Virus genome (UHGV): UHGV-1366828 | DNA: 64,000 bases | Direction: 5' to 3' (one strand) | Origin: a virus | Shown: positions 8,601 to 18,723 of the stretch, in pieces | Layout of the letters: each line of letters begins with the position of its first letter | Position numbering within the stretch: the stretch's first letter is position 1 | Notes under the pieces: model-generated | The model's database searches: none | The model's input: the letters and a program-made list of their open reading frames with translations, nothing else | Told to the model about the DNA's origin: nothing | Translations under genes and position numbers: made by a program

Positions 8601-10198
8601 GCTTCAACGGAACTTAATGGGTACTGTGTTGTAATACGACAATCAATCGGAAACTTATTCTTGAAAAAGCAGAAGTGAGACGATACGCTACTAGGTGACT
8701 CAAGATTTTTGAAATCATGTTGTAAAGACTTGACATCTTGCAAATAATCTTTAACAGTATCCTGTTGATTGTTACTTAACATATTAAATGTTAAACTGTG
8801 TGCAGCAGCTGTTGTAACTGCTGGCATATACTGTAAAAGATATAACTTTAATGAAAAGGCATCAAAGTTTGGTGTTGAAGAAACTTCGTCAAATGCTCCT
8901 TTAACAAGATTGTATACTTTACCAGAATCGAGGTCGTAGCAATAAGATGTTCCTATCTGCTCCGCTGTATACGCATTGTAGTATATTGTTCCTACTTTTC
9001 CTGCATAAAATGTTGTTCCTGACAGATACCCAGGAATAGCATCTTTTTCAATAACATGTACAGAGGATAGAATACTATCTTTAAGTGTAACTATGTTGTA
9101 AGTATTCTGTAAATCGTTTGTTCTGTCGCAAACAAAACCATTAGAAACAAGTTCAGAATTGAGTAAATAATTCAGGTAGTCTCTTAATGTTACAAGGGTA
9201 TCAAATGTTCCTATAGTTCTCTTGTAATGTTTGTATCCATCTTCAATAGTTTCCGGGTCTTTCCCGTCAACTGCACTGTAGATATTCATTACCTTTACTC
9301 TGTCTGCGTTGATGGTTACAGAGGTGTCTTCAACAGGGGCAAATGAATAATAGAAGTCAGTAAGTACATTTGCCGCAACATTTCCCGCAAGACCATCTGT
9401 TCTAAGATATGTTATGTTGATGCCGTTTTTAAATAGTAGCTCAGCATCTTCGGGGAATTCCAGATAGCAATATGCACCGTCTGACGTTGTTCCGAAACGA
9501 TAGATTGTCTGTCCCGGTTCTTCTACTAACAGATTGTCCTTCTTTACCCACTCATTGTAATTGGTGTTGTCAGAGTTTGTTATGAAGATTCCGTTTTCTG
9601 CTATCATGTTGGTATCAAAATACAACCTATTCTTCGTATCCAAATGAGAAACATTGATGTTTGTTTCACCATTTATTGAATAAGTTGTAGCAACACCTTC
9701 CATAACAACTGCAGAAGAAATTGTTCCGTCAGTTAAAAGATGAACATCACTAACGCTTCGGTCGATTTCTTGCGTGCCGGACGTTCCGATAATGGAATAA
9801 ATGATTTCACGTTCACTGTCTGTCACCATAGTAAACTTAGGAATTGTATAAGACGGTACTTCTGTTGTATCCCCTATATACTTCATAGATATAATGGTAG
9901 AAGCGGAACGGTACCATTTCATGAAATAGCCTAACTGTGCAAATAGTTGTCGAGCGTTGGACAACTGCGAAACAGTTTCTGGAAAACATTCAAGAATGTT
10001 ATTGTCGATGTTATAGTTTATCTTGTCCGCTATTAAAGCATTCAGTTTAAGCAGAATAACCCCAGGGTCAGATTCATTTGACACCGAGGGGTCCCACTTA
10101 TATGTTAATTTCTTAACTAGGTCTAGTAACTCTACGTATACACTTTCAAAATCTTTGTTTGTATAACTAAGAGGTCCTAATGGATTTTGTATACTCAT
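5624..10198 (-). CDS. very large baseplate wedge / fiber-anchoring structural protein (1524 aa), in gpJ/gp6-like position
   Basis: Immediately downstream of the gp25/W-like gene; long beta-rich sequence with many N/T/S/Y residues typical of baseplate and fiber proteins. Confidence 0.5.
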   Translation of the reverse strand: MSIQNPLGPLSYTNKDFESVYVELLDLVKKLTYKWDPSVSNESDPGVILLKLNALIADKINYNIDNNILECFPETVSQLSNARQLFAQLGYFMKWYRSASTIISMKYIGDTTEVPSYTIPKFTMVTDSEREIIYSIIGTSGTQEIDRSVSDVHLLTDGTISSAVVMEGVATTYSINGETNINVSHLDTKNRLYFDTNMIAENGIFITNSDNTNYNEWVKKDNLLVEEPGQTIYRFGTTSDGAYCYLEFPEDAELLFKNGINITYLRTDGLAGNVAANVLTDFYYSFAPVEDTSVTINADRVKVMNIYSAVDGKDPETIEDGYKHYKRTIGTFDTLVTLRDYLNYLLNSELVSNGFVCDRTNDLQNTYNIVTLKDSILSSVHVIEKDAIPGYLSGTTFYAGKVGTIYYNAYTAEQIGTSYCYDLDSGKVYNLVKGAFDEVSSTPNFDAFSLKLYLLQYMPAVTTAAAHSLTFNMLSNNQQDTVKDYLQDVKSLQHDFKNLESPSSVSSHFCFFKNKFPIDCRITTQYPLSSVEASDMMGTIKSALYNKLSSKELDFGSEVTLEKVKEIIQASDARIKDVNMANIEFTTYAVYYDKNLVDTGYPFVEVAINTPEDKVDISYQFTNESVPIADPQVFMRKAGETNYEPITFVYSSPNWKLNTTNVNLTDYGIYFKYEETFIATANQTQFTVAYAVNRIESVTRSRVELSGSTFSNKVVTLPSPSSTGVPVVITYWSTEGSNIVTGDKITARISYKTQFEDEIYAKSILAGKTPLIISGNKYTHRFDQTYNSNRPNNEAQDKYEVNDVKYVRTNVDIAVSNTSNEYTLRDNESIQFYSPNLIDATSYSNYVKFEFYTPNASSKVINANTNYQLLPNEYLFLYWKDSDNKDAYYRFASYGKGHIVCPTFELTSSNTSVGGAFLQSETDLSPNNYTSTDNMGYLADLSSAVGLNLNSAANILSGTKTLVIKKINEVTINSSDGCYCYWILNETTEDLQYYEFPVNHGNDTTHDRLLDAGEYFIYSNADLSEMSILGSGTRVHVVEPNTEINMWRVKVLDSSVILNSGASALANYWKEIPTNGYVELTENKIYTLNAGTKFRLVNDNLASWSRVFNRGGVKSGSNVTPHTTSKTVNSWVDGTSNTITFTQTSVTGIVSVVYTTTGEGAVTVTNYTFNQGAQTCTVDTGVIPNGATVVVTYTYAENTTDPTSLTLQGFTIGYQSPEDNAWVFLPQMELQNSSGNVVSWNAQSLLNLKVGPDTERVLLSNQTIEFQTANASDFSSYVITGADKESNNYYQTALISSMSIDSDGSSDKLPTYIVDSEGNRRYMNLLVYQKQLSTDTVVYGKDDVKIKLVAGASGKTATIQFILPKGRYLIPFSNTNKFPDNDSLTIQFDGENLTSLNSTQTDLKGQRTYYLTFEVTDDTITSNHQLTVTRTMSTEEVTITLQNPFLYTHPDSISEEYFERMLTLIPRFDVDNIFNYTYQVDDDELIANPLEAASFLNTNHIYNKFTICQFDSSDKTSIYIAGKR

Positions 10199-10220
10199 CT
10201 ACATTCTCCAATTCTACTGC

Positions 10221-10598
10221 TTAGATTTCTTCTGTGTCTGTCAGTTGTATTCTATATAAATCTAAAGTATAATCAGTTGCACTAACAGCTTTTATTTCAG
10301 CATACAACTTATCATCTTCAGCAATAATCGAAATGTCTTTTCTTTCAACAAGCATCTGCGGCATATAAGTCTTAATTGCCGTGTATATTTCGTCAATAAC
10401 TAAGTCCCTCAATACAAAATCATTTTGAGAATATATTGTTTGCATAAGTCTTGTTCCGTATCCGGGGTCTCCGAATAAAGAAGTGGCTTCTGTCGCAAGC
10501 AAGAGCTTGAGATTTGTTAATGTAGCCTGTTTGTCTTTATATAAGTTAACGCTTTCACTAGAAAACATATTAGGAAAAGCTAAAGAATATAACGCCAT
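10221..10598 (-). CDS. baseplate wedge protein, GPW/gp25-like (125 aa)
   Basis: The size and the stretch LFGDPGYGTRLMQTIYSQNDF...ERKDISI resemble the GPW_gp25 signature (GER..P.FG...L...F, EPRI). Confidence 0.55.
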   Translation of the reverse strand: MALYSLAFPNMFSSESVNLYKDKQATLTNLKLLLATEATSLFGDPGYGTRLMQTIYSQNDFVLRDLVIDEIYTAIKTYMPQMLVERKDISIIAEDDKLYAEIKAVSATDYTLDLYRIQLTDTEEI

Positions 10599-10645
10599 AA
10601 ATACACTCCTAATATACTATTGTTGTTTATTGATACAATATTTTG

Positions 10646-11230
10646 CTATCCACATCGTTTCCAGGTTCCATTTACATTCAACCAGATAGTTACTCTTTTC
10701 CATGTTCCATTAACATTAAGCCAAGGCTGTACTCGTTTCCATGTTCCACTCACATTCAACCAAGTTCCCCCAAGTAGTGTATAATCACACGTAACCGTAA
10801 CATATGTGATTTCATTAACACCATAATACACATTCCCATTAGTGTTTAATTCAACACGCATATAATGAGCCTGTCCCGATGTTAACCCTTGTGTGGGGGA
10901 CCATTGTATGTAACCAGTTTGTCCTTGAGAAAAGGAAGTCTCGTTGGACAAAACATATGCGGTTCTATCCCAGAACCTTAACGGGTTCGTATTGTAATTA
11001 TTAGTATATTTGTTAGAAACTCCACAGGTTATAGTAACACTGTTTATACGAGCATTGCTGGGCAGGACAAAGTAGAAGTCGTAATAATAGATGTACCCAT
11101 TACCCAACACATCGTTCCAAGGAGATCCCGAATGACCCACCGCCGGATGACTATTTTCAGAGTAATTAGCATTGGCAGCCGCCATTGTAACTACAACCTC
11201 GTCTGTAACTGTCAGATTAACTGTCGGCAT
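10646..11230 (-). CDS. tail fiber tip / receptor-binding protein candidate (194 aa) with C-terminal 3 x 13-aa WLNVNGTWKRV repeats
   Basis: 3 x 39-bp tandem DNA repeat at 10667-10783 encoding GTWLNVSGTWKRVQPWLNVNGTWKRVTIWLNVNGTWKR. Confidence 0.5.
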   Translation of the reverse strand: MPTVNLTVTDEVVVTMAAANANYSENSHPAVGHSGSPWNDVLGNGYIYYYDFYFVLPSNARINSVTITCGVSNKYTNNYNTNPLRFWDRTAYVLSNETSFSQGQTGYIQWSPTQGLTSGQAHYMRVELNTNGNVYYGVNEITYVTVTCDYTLLGGTWLNVSGTWKRVQPWLNVNGTWKRVTIWLNVNGTWKRCG

Positions 11231-11242
11231 TAGTTTTCCTCC

Positions 11243-13459
11243 TTAAGAATACTGAAAATACAATTTTCCGCTCCACCAACCAGAAGGCTCTGCGGTACCA
11301 CAACTATTAGACAAATAATTGTTGTCTAAGAAGAATCCACCCTCCCCCGCATAGAAATACTTCGCGAACATTGACCCGTCAGTTCCCATACGAATTGAAG
11401 TTTCTGCTTTGTTATTTCCCGCATTATAGTTTTCATCTGAAACAAAACTGAAGTAGTAATCGTTTCCTAGTGACCCGACCTCCCAAGTTCCTATGTTACA
11501 TTTTGAAGAAGTAACGGGCCAGAATGCCTGTTTAGATGCATCAAAGTCAGCATTTCTTACTAATGCCTGGTCACGTGCACCTCCCCAGCTTGAAGCTCCG
11601 CCTTTTGGTCTAACAACCCCGTTTCCATTTTCTGATTCAAGTTGTAGCCGTTGTCCATATACCCAAGACCCTGCTCTAACATCTCTTCTTGCATACACGT
11701 CTCCTAATCTGCAATCAACTCCTGCAGCAACTCCAGAATCTCCGTTACCATCAACAAATCCTATACCGTACCAAGATTTAATAGCGATGTTGCAAAATCC
11801 GTCTGCCCCCATTTTGATGCCGTCTCCGTTTCCTTTATATATACCATTGCCAGATCCCCAAGCATCTCCTGAAGCCAGAAGAAGAGCACCGTCAGCATTG
11901 TACTGTGCAAATCCTAAGTTTGTGGGTGAGTTTACACCTACTCTTCCGAAGACAGTTAACTCTTTGTCAGTTGACGAAAGTCCGAAGAATGCAGCTCCAA
12001 GGCCATTGGACTTTAAATTAAGAGTTGCAGCAACACTTGTATTTGTTAAAGTACGTGTTTGAGTAGAAGTTTGCCCAAAAGAGTCAATAGCCAGTACTTC
12101 AATCAGATACGAGGCTGTTGTTGCAATGTTTCCTCCCCCAACAGGATCTGATTTCACATTGTTCTGTATGTCGGTATAATCGCTGTACGAACCTCCAAAC
12201 ACTTGCCAACGAGTCCTTATCAACAGCCAGTTATTTCCATCGTATGAAGTATGTGAAACTGACGGTGTTACTGCATAGTAAGTTCCCGAAGAAGATTCGT
12301 TACCAGAGGAGTCACATCGTATTACAGACAGGCTGTTAAATGATGGAGGGTAGTACGCTTTACCGACAATCGTTTTAGTATAAGTTGTGCCCAACCCTCG
12401 AGAGTCATATGCTGTTATAGTTACAATATTGTTACCAGTAATTGCTTTTCCCAGATTAAACGTTCCTGATTCAGTTATGCTGGTATTGAATGAATTACAG
12501 CTTATTCTAACTTCTCTTAATGTGGAGCCATAGTTACAGGTTATTTTACTTGTATCTAGTGTAGCCTTTACCTCACTAAAGCCCGCCACACAGTTTCCTG
12601 CTTTAACTTCATAAGTAGCAGAAGCCCATCCGGCGGCACATGTAGGAGGTCGGTTGTTAGTCGGGATGCTCAACGTGAACTCCGCAGAAGTTTCTCCTAC
12701 TTTAGCACCGCCACTGTTATAAGAATATACATAGATTCTGAACGACCCTGAAGTAGCATTCGGTATGTTGCTTGCAAGAGAATCTGAGGGGGCAGTATAC
12801 CACATAGACCCGCCCGTAACTTTTTCGCCGATTAACTGCATTCCGCTATGATGTACAAAGGAGTACCAAACATCATACTTGTAATCTGATCTGGACGGAT
12901 TCCATACGATCTGAAACTGCTGGTCCATATACAGCGTTGTAGAAACACTGATGGAGGTTGCAGGGGTTTCCGGCCTTATTTCACTCAGTGAACAAGATAT
13001 GTTTGTTACACCCTTCATAAACGGGTTAAGAGAATTTGTCCCGTTCGTTGTTAAAAACATATAATATGTTCCAGAGGACGTTATATTGCAGGGAACATTT
13101 ACTACAATATTTGCCGTCCCTTCCCAACCGTTAATCCAGGCCACGGATCTTCCGATAACCGCAGTGCTAGGAGCTTCAGTACTAAACGCCGATACAGGGT
13201 CGTAGTCATAAATCAACGCATAAACCGTTACGTTTTCATAGCTATCATTGGAGGCAATATTTCCAATGTTGAAATTCAACCCGGTAACTTGATACCCTGC
13301 AGTTACTGAAATCGGCATCGTATAAACAACACCCTGGTCCCAGAAGCTAGCGTTGTCGTATCCCATCACTATAGGATTTGTTGTTGAATCTACCCATGTT
13401 AATCCTACATTGGGCAGACCTTGTCTGGCTTTATAAAATGATAATGAAACAGTACTCAT
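11243..13459 (-). CDS. tail fiber / receptor-binding protein (738 aa)
   Basis: Beta-rich and S/T/G/N-rich, sitting in the fiber cluster. Confidence 0.5.
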   Translation of the reverse strand: MSTVSLSFYKARQGLPNVGLTWVDSTTNPIVMGYDNASFWDQGVVYTMPISVTAGYQVTGLNFNIGNIASNDSYENVTVYALIYDYDPVSAFSTEAPSTAVIGRSVAWINGWEGTANIVVNVPCNITSSGTYYMFLTTNGTNSLNPFMKGVTNISCSLSEIRPETPATSISVSTTLYMDQQFQIVWNPSRSDYKYDVWYSFVHHSGMQLIGEKVTGGSMWYTAPSDSLASNIPNATSGSFRIYVYSYNSGGAKVGETSAEFTLSIPTNNRPPTCAAGWASATYEVKAGNCVAGFSEVKATLDTSKITCNYGSTLREVRISCNSFNTSITESGTFNLGKAITGNNIVTITAYDSRGLGTTYTKTIVGKAYYPPSFNSLSVIRCDSSGNESSSGTYYAVTPSVSHTSYDGNNWLLIRTRWQVFGGSYSDYTDIQNNVKSDPVGGGNIATTASYLIEVLAIDSFGQTSTQTRTLTNTSVAATLNLKSNGLGAAFFGLSSTDKELTVFGRVGVNSPTNLGFAQYNADGALLLASGDAWGSGNGIYKGNGDGIKMGADGFCNIAIKSWYGIGFVDGNGDSGVAAGVDCRLGDVYARRDVRAGSWVYGQRLQLESENGNGVVRPKGGASSWGGARDQALVRNADFDASKQAFWPVTSSKCNIGTWEVGSLGNDYYFSFVSDENYNAGNNKAETSIRMGTDGSMFAKYFYAGEGGFFLDNNYLSNSCGTAEPSGWWSGKLYFQYS

Positions 13460-13480
13460 ATTTTATCCCTCGTTTGTAGT

Positions 13481-16400
13481 TTAGATATGTTTTATTATCA
13501 ATCCACTTGACGAATCGAATGTTATAACCCATTGTTCGTCTAAAGATAATTTGTTATTCACAGTAGCATTGTTTATATACAATTCTTGGTTAGAAATGTA
13601 CGCTACTTCGGTAGAACCTTCCATGAAACTATTCTTTGTAGGGGACATTTGCTGTTTGAAGTTGCCTTTTCCAAGAGTCATCGTGCTGTTCTGAATATCG
13701 AACTGCATAAATGAGTCAATGTTCTCTTTATATGGAGTAAAGGTAACTGTGTCGAGTTTTGCAGCAAGGACACCGTCTATAGCAGTTAATGTTTGCTGGA
13801 CATGTTGTATATTTTCTGCATTCTGGTGTGTACCGTCTAAAGCATCATTTGCTGTATTTTGGGCATTGTCGGCAGATGATTGAGCGTTATCTGCAGCATC
13901 TTTTGCTTCCTGCGCCTGTAACCAACTTACTACACCAGCATCAAATGCAGCTGACCTTTCAACATTTCCTGCAGTACAGCTATTATCAGAAAAGATAATC
14001 ATCTGGAAAGTGTAGCACAATTTACTGACTGTACCACTGTTTACTATAGGAGCGGAATCCTGCCAAGTAAACGACACTGTTACTTCTTCAGCATCACCAA
14101 CTTTGTTTTTGTACTCACCTGTAGGAACAACAGAAGAATCATTCTCGTCATATACAACGGTGGGAGCAGAGACAAATGTAACATTGTCGACAGTTAACAT
14201 GTACCAACTCTTTAAAGAGCTAGTATCATTCAAATCTTTAATTGTAACTTCGGATAATGTTAATGTTTTTGAAGAAGATACAACTTTACAGATTATTACA
14301 ACTTGACCTCTAACATCAGTTCTAGTTACTGTAACTTTATCCGACGTAGATGTAAGATATTGAATTAGGATTATACTTTCATCTGCAGGGGCTGTATTGA
14401 ATTTAATTGTATCTTTATCAACAACTGTAAATTCTGTAGTAGTAGTTCCGTTTATTGTAATTTCTACTTTAGGACTTGTCGTTGCATTTAAAATGTCAAG
14501 ACCTAAGTCAAATGTTGTTGATGTTCCATTTCCAGTAAACCGCTCTTTAGCAAACCAGTTTAACTGTCCTATTGTTGTAGCCCCGTCTTTTACAACACCT
14601 GTAGCACTTACTGTTAGTTGTTTAACTCCGAGATAAACATCTGCACTCAATGTTGTAGACATAGCTTTTGCATTGAATAGTGTCCCGTTATCTGCTTGAA
14701 TTTCTACAGACAGAACGCTGTCTCCATATACACCGATGATTAAAGCATCTGTTACCGAACCAGACGTGTCGCCATTTGTATAAGTTATTACAGAATAGTT
14801 CCAGAGGTATCTATTGGTGGCATCCATTGACGGAAGGTTCGTAGACCATCCTGTTGTTGGTCGAGTTGTTGTGGCACTAAGCGCGTAATACTCAACAATG
14901 CTAGTTATTCCAACACCAGCAGAACCTGGTTCGCCTTGTGAGCCATATGCGCCTATAATACACGGGTCTGTATATGTCGATACTGTGTTGCTGTATTTAA
15001 CCTCTTCATAATTCCATAAATAAGGTTTGTCAGAACTTATTGTCTGGATATCTGTTGTCCAGCCTTCCGTGTCTCTTGTTACACCTGTACTTACATTGGT
15101 TGCTAGATAATAATTTAGGACTGCTGTAATACTTGTTCCATCTGCGCCGTCTTGACCATTCTGCACTAGAATTACAGGTGTTGCCCATTCGTCTGGAGTA
15201 ATTGTGTCTGTATTTTCTACAGACGCTGCTGTTGCCGCTGTAACATATAACGGGTCTGTTCCTGAAGGGATTGTAGAACTCCACCCAGTAGGAACAGTTG
15301 TAAGCTTCTTTGTCGTAAAGTTGTAAGTTAGGGTAGTAGTCCAGTTAATTGTTGCAGTAGTTGCGCTACGTTTGTACAAGTATACAATGGCAGTATTAAC
15401 ACCATTAGTACCATCTGTACCGTCTTTACCGTCTGTGCCATTTTGGCCCGGTGCGCCGTCTTCAACTAATTTAACAATTGAGCTCCATTCAGAAGGGAGT
15501 ATTGTGTCAGTAGCTTCAGAACTTACAGCTGTTGCTTGAATTGAAAAGCACGGATTTCCATCAGATGCGGGAATTGTTCTTGACCATCCTGCAAGATTTC
15601 CTGACAGTTCTCCTGTAGCAAAAGTATATGTTAAATTGACTGTTGGTTTAGTCAATCCCGTGTCTGTAGAAGCTCTCTTGTAAAGAAATATAGAAGCGGT
15701 ATTCAGACCATTTGTGCCGTCAGTTCCTGGTGCACCATCCTGACCATTCTGCCCATTTTGCGCAAGTATAACAGGTGTTGCCCACTCAGATGAGGGAATT
15801 GAATCGTTACTGGTGTTGGAAGATGCAGTAGCTGCTGTTACAAAAATCGGAGCTGTGCCAGACGGTATTTCTTCATACCAACCTTTAGGAACATTGGTTA
15901 TTGACTTTGTGTCAAAGTTGTATATTAAATCATTTGTCCAGTCAATTGTTGCGGAGTCAGCTCTCTTGTAAAGATATACAACAGCGGAGTTTCTACCGTC
16001 AGTTCCGTCTTTACCGTCAATACCATTGGTGCCATTTCTGCTTACTGAGTAGGAGGTAGAGCTTGTATCATCTGTATATTCAATGACTGTTCGTGTCCAT
16101 AAGTACTGACCCGACCCAGTAGCATCAATTGTATCCTTCCATCCTGTTTGTGGAATATCCGTTCCACTATCCGAAACAACATATGAAATTGTTGTCTGTT
16201 TGATGCCTACACCGTCAGCACCCGGACTACCGTCAGTACCATTTACGCCATTCTTACTTACAGAATAAGATACGGAAGATGTGTTATTTGTATACTCAAT
16301 GGTTGTCCTTGTCCACAAGAATTTACCTTGAGCAACTTCTGGAATGTCCGCCTGCCAACCTGATTGAGGAAACTGAACACCATTATCAAAAACAGCATAC

Positions 16401-18460
16401 TCAATAGTAGTGGTTTTAATTCCGATGCCTGCTTCGCCGTCTTTACCATCTGTACCATTTTTACCATCTGAAACTAACTCAGTAATACTGCTCCACTCTG
16501 ACGGAGAAATTGTATCTGTCTCGCCTGTGCCGATGGCTGTCGCCTGTATAACAAAACAAGGATTTCCGTCGGAGGCAGGAATTGATTGTTTCCATCCACC
16601 GAGTTGTCCTGATAAAGTTCCTGTTGCGAATGTATATGTTAGTGTTCCTGTAGGCTTTGTAATACTGCTAGCAGATGCAGCTCGCTGGTAAAGAAAAACA
16701 GCAGCTGCACTTAATCCAGGAGCACCCTCCTCACCAGGTGCAGAATACATCGAGATTACTGTAGGAGTTGTTTCTTTACTGTCTCCTGTTGTGTAGTGAA
16801 TAATCTCGTACTTCCACAAATACTTATTCTGTGGTGTAGGAGTAATAGGGTTGTCTCCCCAAACCGCTGAACCTTTGGCGGGAGGATTTTCGGGGTCGTT
16901 GTTCAAGGCGAACTTGTCTTCTATGTCTTGAATACCTTTTCCCGTTTCTGCAAAGGTTGTTATAATATGAGGACTTGTTTTTATATATCCCGATATAGTA
17001 TAATGTGTAACCTCTGCATTCCACAGATATTTATTGCTTGCAGAAAGTTCGAGAGAACTCATGTCCTGAGTCCAACCAAGATCCGTCCATTCAGTTTCTA
17101 CTTCAATGTCCGCCGTAGGAGAGGTTGGGGTGTTAGTATTGTTTGTTACAATATACCAATCTACTACAGGTTGGTCAATGTAATCAGAGTTACCATCTTT
17201 AGCTAACACTGTTGGAGCGGACCACGAATTCTTTTGAATCGTATAAGTATCTCCATATCCGATAGCTGTTGCTTGTGTCACATAACAAGGATTGCCGTCC
17301 GTATTAGGAATGGTTAACGACCAGCCATCAGGAGAGGTAGGTTGAATAGCTCCGGTACTAAATGTATAGGTCACTGCAGTTGAAGGAGTTGCAGGGGTAC
17401 TTCCATAACGCTTATATAAGAGAACTGTTTTGGAATTAAGACCACTGGTACTAAATAAGGTAGGAATTGACCATTCTGCTGGAAGGATAGTTGCTTGAGC
17501 TGTTATAGAACTTGCAGTTGCTGCTGTTACGTATAAAGGCTCTGAGCCAGAAGGAATCTCTTCACTCCAGCCTGCTGGTGCTGCAGTTAATTTTTTGTTA
17601 TCAAAATCGTATGTAAGATTCTCTGTCCAATCAATTGCTGTAATCTCATCGACAGAACGTTTATATAGATATACTATTGCAGAGTTTGTACTTACACGGG
17701 AGACACCAAACGCACTATTTGTTTTACCATCTGAAAATCTAGTGTACGTCCATGACCATAAGTAAGGGTTAACATCTGTTGTTTTTGGGGGGTTAGGAAA
17801 CCATATTCCGCTTTGTGTAATATCAGGAGGAGTTGTACCGTTACTACTTATAGCATACTTAACATACGTTTCTTCGATTGTAGCACCTGAACCTGCAGAA
17901 CCTTGTGCTCCTTGTATACAGGTCATACTACGCATGATAGTTCCATCTTCATATGTGACAGTTGTTCTTTGCCACATAAACTTTCCAGGCCAATACTGAG
18001 GTGCTTGCTCAGACCAATTACTAAAGCTGTCGTAGTGGTCTTGATAGTTAGACAATGAGTATTGAATTGAAATTGCTTTTACATTGTTGGAATACTTATC
18101 GTTCAGCTTTTTCAGGGAATCCGGAGTGACTTCACCTATCAGCGTATTTTCTGATAGATTTGTATTTACATTTACTACAAGAGAGTCTGCTGTGATGTCG
18201 GTAGACCCTTCAGGCATACCTTCACGATAAAGTAATCCAATTATGATTGGGAATGAAAGATCGTCATTCTCAAAATCAACAATAACAACATCGCCCTCTT
18301 GATAGTTAGGGCTACAACCAGGTAAGGTTTGGATTGTAGCTGTGTATAATTCATTTGTAGGGGTAGCTGTAGGATCGGACTTTACTTTATTGTATACTGG
18401 TATCCGAACCTTCATGGAATACTTATCTAGTTTCTTTTCAATAATTGCTTTCTGTAACAT
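13481..18460 (-). CDS. giant fiber protein (1659 aa) with about 8 tandem modules, each starting with a collagen-like G-x-x stretch
   Basis: Repeated GTDGKDGEAGIGIK, NGVNGTDGSPGADGVGIK, QNGQNGQDGAPGTDGTNG, GAPGQNGTDGKDGTDGTNG, each followed by a conserved ...VYLYKR...TLTYTF.TG.L.GW...IP..DGNPC..QATA block. Diverged 330-360-bp DNA repeats are visible around 15000-17600. Confidence 0.7.
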   Translation of the reverse strand: MLQKAIIEKKLDKYSMKVRIPVYNKVKSDPTATPTNELYTATIQTLPGCSPNYQEGDVVIVDFENDDLSFPIIIGLLYREGMPEGSTDITADSLVVNVNTNLSENTLIGEVTPDSLKKLNDKYSNNVKAISIQYSLSNYQDHYDSFSNWSEQAPQYWPGKFMWQRTTVTYEDGTIMRSMTCIQGAQGSAGSGATIEETYVKYAISSNGTTPPDITQSGIWFPNPPKTTDVNPYLWSWTYTRFSDGKTNSAFGVSRVSTNSAIVYLYKRSVDEITAIDWTENLTYDFDNKKLTAAPAGWSEEIPSGSEPLYVTAATASSITAQATILPAEWSIPTLFSTSGLNSKTVLLYKRYGSTPATPSTAVTYTFSTGAIQPTSPDGWSLTIPNTDGNPCYVTQATAIGYGDTYTIQKNSWSAPTVLAKDGNSDYIDQPVVDWYIVTNNTNTPTSPTADIEVETEWTDLGWTQDMSSLELSASNKYLWNAEVTHYTISGYIKTSPHIITTFAETGKGIQDIEDKFALNNDPENPPAKGSAVWGDNPITPTPQNKYLWKYEIIHYTTGDSKETTPTVISMYSAPGEEGAPGLSAAAVFLYQRAASASSITKPTGTLTYTFATGTLSGQLGGWKQSIPASDGNPCFVIQATAIGTGETDTISPSEWSSITELVSDGKNGTDGKDGEAGIGIKTTTIEYAVFDNGVQFPQSGWQADIPEVAQGKFLWTRTTIEYTNNTSSVSYSVSKNGVNGTDGSPGADGVGIKQTTISYVVSDSGTDIPQTGWKDTIDATGSGQYLWTRTVIEYTDDTSSTSYSVSRNGTNGIDGKDGTDGRNSAVVYLYKRADSATIDWTNDLIYNFDTKSITNVPKGWYEEIPSGTAPIFVTAATASSNTSNDSIPSSEWATPVILAQNGQNGQDGAPGTDGTNGLNTASIFLYKRASTDTGLTKPTVNLTYTFATGELSGNLAGWSRTIPASDGNPCFSIQATAVSSEATDTILPSEWSSIVKLVEDGAPGQNGTDGKDGTDGTNGVNTAIVYLYKRSATTATINWTTTLTYNFTTKKLTTVPTGWSSTIPSGTDPLYVTAATAASVENTDTITPDEWATPVILVQNGQDGADGTSITAVLNYYLATNVSTGVTRDTEGWTTDIQTISSDKPYLWNYEEVKYSNTVSTYTDPCIIGAYGSQGEPGSAGVGITSIVEYYALSATTTRPTTGWSTNLPSMDATNRYLWNYSVITYTNGDTSGSVTDALIIGVYGDSVLSVEIQADNGTLFNAKAMSTTLSADVYLGVKQLTVSATGVVKDGATTIGQLNWFAKERFTGNGTSTTFDLGLDILNATTSPKVEITINGTTTTEFTVVDKDTIKFNTAPADESIILIQYLTSTSDKVTVTRTDVRGQVVIICKVVSSSKTLTLSEVTIKDLNDTSSLKSWYMLTVDNVTFVSAPTVVYDENDSSVVPTGEYKNKVGDAEEVTVSFTWQDSAPIVNSGTVSKLCYTFQMIIFSDNSCTAGNVERSAAFDAGVVSWLQAQEAKDAADNAQSSADNAQNTANDALDGTHQNAENIQHVQQTLTAIDGVLAAKLDTVTFTPYKENIDSFMQFDIQNSTMTLGKGNFKQQMSPTKNSFMEGSTEVAYISNQELYINNATVNNKLSLDEQWVITFDSSSGLIIKHI

Positions 18461-18477
18461 CTATGCTAGCCCTCTCT

Positions 18478-18723
18478 TCAAAATGTCCTTACTTTAATTG
18501 TGTTACTGTTAATAAAGAAGGTTCCCGTTCTTATTGAAACTTTTCCGTAGTAAGTGTTTATCTGTTGGCAGGCTGTGTCGGAACTTAACTGCCCTGCAAA
18601 CCTTGTTAGATTTGAATCAAAATAATAGGGAGTAAAAGCAGGGCAGTATACATAATTTATTATTTTATTCTTATTTTGAAGTATTGTTGTAATACGTTGC
18701 GTATTTATAACTTTTACGCTCAA
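18478..18723 (-). CDS. hypothetical small protein (81 aa) between hub and fiber (possible spike-tip protein)
   Basis: ORF only; no PAAR motif recognised. Confidence 0.3.
   Translation of the reverse strand: MSVKVINTQRITTILQNKNKIINYVYCPAFTPYYFDSNLTRFAGQLSSDTACQQINTYYGKVSIRTGTFFINSNTIKVRTF

Noticed and set aside
13481-18460. Regularly spaced repeats in the fiber gene, and the 39-bp triplets at 10667-10783 and about 35400-35520, examined as a possible CRISPR array.
   Set aside because: The repeats are coding and in-frame, diverged rather than identical, with no unique spacers and no leader or cas genes. They encode collagen-like and beta-repeat protein modules.
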